Shown here in pieces: positions 59,505-64,000 of a stretch of DNA of 64,000 nt. Source of the DNA: Bradymonadia bacterium (GTDB lineage Bacteria > Myxococcota_A > Bradymonadia > UBA7976 > UBA1532); contig JBKAGE010000070.1 of NCBI GenBank assembly GCA_046290225.1, positions 128,001 through 192,000 of the forward strand, written 5' to 3'. How positions within the stretch are numbered: position 1 is the stretch's first letter; the number at the start of each line of letters is the position of its first letter. A program made the position numbers and the translations under genes. The notes under the pieces are model-generated. The model made no database searches. It had not been told where the DNA came from and saw nothing but the letters and a program-made list of their open reading frames with translations.

Positions 59505-59814
59505 TCACGGGTCCCAGCGCCCGACGCAGCCGGTCTCGTGTTCGGTATGCCTCTCGTACAGGCCGCGGGGTGGGAACAGGCGTGAGGGGCAGAGGTAGGG
59601 GTGTTGAAGTCATGCCCACCTCTACGGCACACGCGCTCGCTCACCGACTTTCGCCCAATGACCCAGCCGGCCCCATTGTGGGCCAGGAAGCCTCATTGCC
59701 TTCAAAAAGCGCGTGTGCTGTTTCGAAGCGATCCGGGCCGACCTGGGTGAGCTGGACGAAGTGGAGCTGTGAGGTCACTCTGAAGCACCCTTCCGAGGCC
59801 GCACACAGGCTTCA

Positions 59815-60360
59815 TCAATGTGTCCCAATGCACATGAACGCGCCAGGCGCCGAGCCTTCACACGACTCACCATGACAGCTGTGGTTGCTCTCCTCGCCAG
59901 AGCCACAGAACATCTCACAGCATTCCGCAGTGAGCGTGCGCTGCGTACACCCCAATGGGTTGGGCACACAACGCGGACTGGCCATGCTGCATACGCTGTC
60001 CACGAACTGTATGCAGATCTCGTCGGGGGCACATTCCGGGCACGTCTGGCCACTTCCAGGGGTGAGAGCGACTCCTTCATCCGGAAGGCCTTCATCGGGA
60101 AAGCCATCATCTGGAAGATCATCGTCGGGCACATCCTGATCTGAGGTGCCGCGGTCGGAGGGATCGTCCGGACTGCCTTCATCGGGCACTTCACCTTCCA
60201 TCGAAGGCTGCTCATCCTGGTCGCCGCCCTCTTGATGCCCCTGCAGGCCGAGATCGGCGGTGACCTCAGCTTGCCCCCCATCATCAGCGGCCCCGTCGTT
60301 GTGCTCTTCCACACATGCAATGCAGCCCACGCTCAGCGCGCACACGATGATGGACTTCAC
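59815..60360 (-). CDS. Small lipoprotein with acidic repeats and Cys-rich C-terminus
   Basis: GTG 60360 after GGGAAGG; lipobox-like CIAC; PD(E/D) repeats; Cys-rich C-terminal domain. Confidence 0.7.
   Translation of the reverse strand: MKSIIVCALSVGCIACVEEHNDGAADDGGQAEVTADLGLQGHQEGGDQDEQPSMEGEVPDEGSPDDPSDRGTSDQDVPDDDLPDDGFPDEGLPDEGVALTPGSGQTCPECAPDEICIQFVDSVCSMASPRCVPNPLGCTQRTLTAECCEMFCGSGEESNHSCHGESCEGSAPGAFMCIGTH
60074..60192 (-). repeat. Degenerate 15-bp tandem repeat encoding xPD(E/D)(G/D) pentapeptides
   Basis: CCTTCATCCGGAAGG / CCTTCATCGGGAAAG / CCATCATCTGGAAGA / TCATCGTCGGGCACA... Confidence 0.7.
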
Positions 60361-60543
60361 GACGCCTTCCCCAATCATGTGACCTCCCTTTTCAGATGCC
60401 CGCGACCAGACGCCCTCCGACTCAAAGCCTTACACCGTGTGATGGGTGTCTGGCAGCGTATCCGCTGGGCGTGGTCGTACTCTCGCAGAGCACATGGCCA
60501 TCGAGAGCGCCATCACAGACGTTTTCCTGTAGGGTCGACACCC

Positions 60544-62412
60544 ATGAAACCATGGCCTGCTCTAATCGTTACGTGTGCGCTGTGCGCCTGCACTGATGAT
60601 CCCGTGGGGGATGCCCGCCCCGACGATGCTCAGGTCGGTATGCCTGACATCGGCATGGCTCCTGATCCTGACGCAGTTGCTCTACCTTCTCCGGATGCGC
60701 AGCTCATCGACGCGTTTGTCCCTGATTCGACCCCCTTGTCGGACGCGGATGTCATGGACGCCAGCCTCTTTGACGCGGGCATGGAAGATCGACCAGATGC
60801 CGCCCCTGACGCTCAGGTCGATGCGCTGACCCTCACGGTGCCCGACGATGTCACCCTCGACGAGGGTGAGCCCTTCGTGGGTGCCATCGATGCGCGGGCA
60901 CCTGGCACCCTGGAGGTGTTCGTCTTCGATTTGCCCCCTGGTGCGCACTGGCATCCGGGGCGCCGAGAGATCACCTTCACACCGGACTTCATCCAAGGCC
61001 CAGACGCATGGACGATTCGGGTGCTCGCCCGCAGTGAGGGTGAGACGCTGGAGAGCACCTTCACCGTAAACGTACGCGATAACATTCGGCCGCCAGCGCC
61101 GGAGATCATCCGTGAGCAGGAAGGTGACGGCTTTACACGTCTGCAGCTGCGGCAACGCACTGATGGGTTTCTCGATCATCCTGACGAGGCCGGGCGCACC
61201 TTCGACGGGTATGTCATGGCGCCTGATGAGCGAAGCCCCGCTGGCCTCAAGCCAGTGCGCATTCTGCTGCACGGGTTCGCCAGTCAGCCGCCCACTGAGG
61301 GCTGGCGCGGTGAGTACCGCATTGCACCACACGATCCGTTCAACACATATTGGTGGGGGTATCAGGGCTCAGGAGACGCCGGGCCACAGCCCTACACTGT
61401 GCGCCGCGTACTGCACCTGCTCCACTGGGTGCTCGAACGATACCCCGACGCCGATGTCAACAACGTATACATTGAGGGCGCCTCGATGGGCGGTGCTGGC
61501 GCCGCCACCATGGGCCTGTTGTGGGGCCGGCACTTCAACATGGTGCACTCCACCATCGCGCAGTGGGTGCCCCGGAACCACCGACCCTCGCGCCTGGCAC
61601 AGCTGGGTGGGCACTGGGGTGCGCCGGGGCCGAGCTGGGACGTGATGGACCTCACTGATGCCATGGCGTCCCGGGCCGAGGCTCAAAATCAGTATGTGTT
61701 CCTCAAGCATGGCAAGGATGACGGCATCATCCACTTCGGGGCGGTGATCTTCCCCAGCCCGCTCACCGGGTTGAGCGCTTATCAGGCGCTGCAAGCCCAT
61801 CATGTAGGCCATATGGCAGTCTGGGACGAAGGCGGTCATGGCATCCCTGATCCGATTTTGGGTGATCAATGGTGGACCCAAGGCTGGAACCCGGTCTTCG
61901 ACGACACGGCATGGTTGCGACGAGGTGTGGCCTTCCCGGTGTTCTCCAACAGCTCTGGAGATGATGACCCGGGTGACGGCTCGGGGAACGGACGCCGGCC
62001 CTTCGACGAAGACACAGGGTACGCAGGGGGGGTCTTCGCCGCGGACGACACGGGCTGGTCCGGTGATGTGGCAGGGGCGCTCAACCGCGCGCTGCGCTGG
62101 GACTCGAACGGCCTCGTAGACGAAATGGAGCGCTTCGAGATCCCACTGCGGGTGCTCGATGTCCCGAATGGGGATGCGCCCCGAGCAGGCTGGCCAACAC
62201 CTGGTGACGTGCAATCGGGGCCGATCCCGGTGAGGGTGGACGTGACCCTGCGTCGAGTACAGCGATTTCAGGTGATGCCGGGGGCCTCGGTGCGCTGGCG
62301 ATTTGGCGCGCTTGAGGGGGTGACGCACGCTGATGAGTCGGGGGTGATTACGGTGCCTGAAGTGCCGGTATCCTCAGATTGGCAAACACTGATGCTTCAA
62401 CGAGAAGAATGA
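60544..62412 (+). CDS. Lipoprotein alpha/beta-hydrolase with Ig-like domain
   Basis: Lipobox LCAC; PDA-rich linker; DLPPGA Ig motif; LLHG, GASMGG nucleophile elbow, HGKDD and EGGH. Confidence 0.82.
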   Translation: MKPWPALIVTCALCACTDDPVGDARPDDAQVGMPDIGMAPDPDAVALPSPDAQLIDAFVPDSTPLSDADVMDASLFDAGMEDRPDAAPDAQVDALTLTVPDDVTLDEGEPFVGAIDARAPGTLEVFVFDLPPGAHWHPGRREITFTPDFIQGPDAWTIRVLARSEGETLESTFTVNVRDNIRPPAPEIIREQEGDGFTRLQLRQRTDGFLDHPDEAGRTFDGYVMAPDERSPAGLKPVRILLHGFASQPPTEGWRGEYRIAPHDPFNTYWWGYQGSGDAGPQPYTVRRVLHLLHWVLERYPDADVNNVYIEGASMGGAGAATMGLLWGRHFNMVHSTIAQWVPRNHRPSRLAQLGGHWGAPGPSWDVMDLTDAMASRAEAQNQYVFLKHGKDDGIIHFGAVIFPSPLTGLSAYQALQAHHVGHMAVWDEGGHGIPDPILGDQWWTQGWNPVFDDTAWLRRGVAFPVFSNSSGDDDPGDGSGNGRRPFDEDTGYAGGVFAADDTGWSGDVAGALNRALRWDSNGLVDEMERFEIPLRVLDVPNGDAPRAGWPTPGDVQSGPIPVRVDVTLRRVQRFQVMPGASVRWRFGALEGVTHADESGVITVPEVPVSSDWQTLMLQREE

Positions 62413-62430
62413 GCCAGTGTCAAAGTTGCC

Positions 62431-64000
62431 TCATCGCACCTGAAGCGACATCCACCCCACCATCAACCCTCGCAGCCCGGCGGCGAGAGCCGAGAGCCCC
62501 CCAGCGACCTCCACACCAGTGCGTAGATCCCACACGGTCGGCGGCTCGTCGCTGATCTCACGTACGACGACAGCCTCGTCATCGGGCTCAGTGTCAGTGG
62601 CTTCCCTCACCAGGAAATCCCATGTGCCCGATTCACCCGTGATGCGGTGTAGACCCATCTCGCCTCTGAGGCACGTGGCCGCAGACACACCCATCACATG
62701 GATCGCCTTCTCGTGCGGATGGGTGATCTCGTGACCTTCACCATGGGCCCACGCCTGAAGACCCTCGATGTATTGCGTGCAGTCAGTCTGCGCTTCGGGA
62801 TGCAACGCGATGACTTCCAATGTGATCTCATCCTGTCGCGGCAGCGCCGCGAGGCAGAGGGACCATTCGAGCGTCATCAATGATGACATCATCTCCTGTG
62901 CACCGCTGACATCGACCTCAGATGCCTCGCCCAGTCGATCCACGACAGCGCTCAAGGCATTCAACTCATCGAGCAGCGGTGAGCCACTCGACCGGAAGCC
63001 GCGGATCAACGCGCTCTCCATCCAACCCTGTAGACGACCACGCACTGCCACGAGATGCCGGCGCCACAGATGCTCATGGGTGAGCACGGGCTCGGTGAGG
63101 CGCAGCGCCTGGCTGCCCACAGCACCGCTGCGATCGCCCACAGCCTTGTCGGTGACCACCTCGACGCGGCCATCGTGCACGTACAATTCGAAGGCGTCGC
63201 CTTGTACGCCCTGACGCAAGGCCAGCCGGCGAGACAATGGGATCAACAGACGCTGCTCGATGGCCCGCTTCATCGGGCGAGCCCCATAGCGGGGGTCGAA
63301 GCCGTGCACCATGAGCAGATCGAGCACAGCATCGTCGTAGGTCACCGTGATCTCACGCCGGGTGAGCCCCTCGCGCTTGAGGGCCTTGTCGAGCATGAGG
63401 CGGGCGATGTGGGCCACTGAGGGGGCGTCGAGGCTGCCGAAGGGTACGAGGTGATCGATGCGGTTGAGGAACTCGGGCCGGAAGAACGCCCGGGCGGCTT
63501 CGAGGTAGCGACCATCATCCCCCCCATCGCCAGTGTTGATGCCGATGGCGCGCTTCTTCGTGGCCCCGAGGTTGCTCGTGAGGATCACGATGGCGTGGCG
63601 CAGCGAGGCGGTACGCCCTGTGCCGTCGGTGATGCGGCCTTCGCCAAGGGCCTGGAGCAGCAAGTCGAAGACCCCTGGCTCAGCTTTCTCCACCTCGTCG
63701 AGCAACAACACGCAGAAGGGCTGCTCTCGCAGCTTTCGGGTCAGCTCCCCTTCCCCGCGGGCACCTCCGACGAGTCGGGCGGCGCTGCCAGGGTAGCCGT
63801 ATTCGCTCATGTCGAAGCGCACGAGCCGATCGCGATCGCCGAACAGATACTCGGCGAGGGTGAGGGCCGACTCGGTCTTCCCCACCCCTGTGGGTCCGGC
63901 GAAGAGGAACGAGCCCAGCGGCTTTTGCGGATCGTTGAGCCCCGCCTTGATGACCGAGACCAGGTGCACCATACGGTCGATGACCAGGGGCTGACCGATG
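62431..64000 (-). CDS. ClpA/ClpB-family AAA+ ATPase, C-terminal part (starts beyond window), with extra C-terminal domain
   Basis: IGQ at the window edge, FLFAGPTGVGKTE, RFDMSEY, LLDEVEKA, GRITD, FRPEFLNRID and YGARPMKR; ~240 extra residues including LRGEMGLHR. Confidence 0.9.
   Translation of the reverse strand, partial: IGQPLVIDRMVHLVSVIKAGLNDPQKPLGSFLFAGPTGVGKTESALTLAEYLFGDRDRLVRFDMSEYGYPGSAARLVGGARGEGELTRKLREQPFCVLLLDEVEKAEPGVFDLLLQALGEGRITDGTGRTASLRHAIVILTSNLGATKKRAIGINTGDGGDDGRYLEAARAFFRPEFLNRIDHLVPFGSLDAPSVAHIARLMLDKALKREGLTRREITVTYDDAVLDLLMVHGFDPRYGARPMKRAIEQRLLIPLSRRLALRQGVQGDAFELYVHDGRVEVVTDKAVGDRSGAVGSQALRLTEPVLTHEHLWRRHLVAVRGRLQGWMESALIRGFRSSGSPLLDELNALSAVVDRLGEASEVDVSGAQEMMSSLMTLEWSLCLAALPRQDEITLEVIALHPEAQTDCTQYIEGLQAWAHGEGHEITHPHEKAIHVMGVSAATCLRGEMGLHRITGESGTWDFLVREATDTEPDDEAVVVREISDEPPTVWDLRTGVEVAGGLSALAAGLRGLMVGWMSLQVR

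Overview
GC-rich bacterial chromosomal segment, most consistent with a Myxococcota/deltaproteobacterial genome. This is an inference from two sigma54 enhancer-binding proteins, several sigma54 promoters, a Ser/Thr kinase-ATPase fusion and many Cys/Gly-rich lipoproteins. About 50 protein genes can be supported. They include an oxidative pentose phosphate operon (zwf-pgl-gnd), a lysC-lysA fusion, a YeeE/YedE-persulfide dioxygenase operon with a sensor-less sigma54 activator, an RND efflux operon whose TolC carries an extra N-terminal domain, a cluster of thioredoxin-fold proteins around an outer-membrane barrel, a NIT-domain chemoreceptor, an acyl-CoA dehydrogenase and a partial Clp ATPase. No tRNA, rRNA, CRISPR array, integrase or transposase was seen. 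The most unusual items are: (i) a GyrB N-terminal-only protein that keeps the dimerisation arm but has lost the ATP-binding residues; (ii) several long, multi-branched non-coding inverted-repeat structures, two of which (26302-26453 and 58516-58632) share junction motifs; (iii) a 2-kb locus (57800-59800) with TGCACATGTGCA repeats, a dense run of hairpins, small Cys-rich ORFs and a divergent HTH gene; (iv) a complete-looking sigma54 promoter with enhancers that points antisense into a histidine kinase gene. All protein family calls come from motif recognition by eye; no search or folding program was run.
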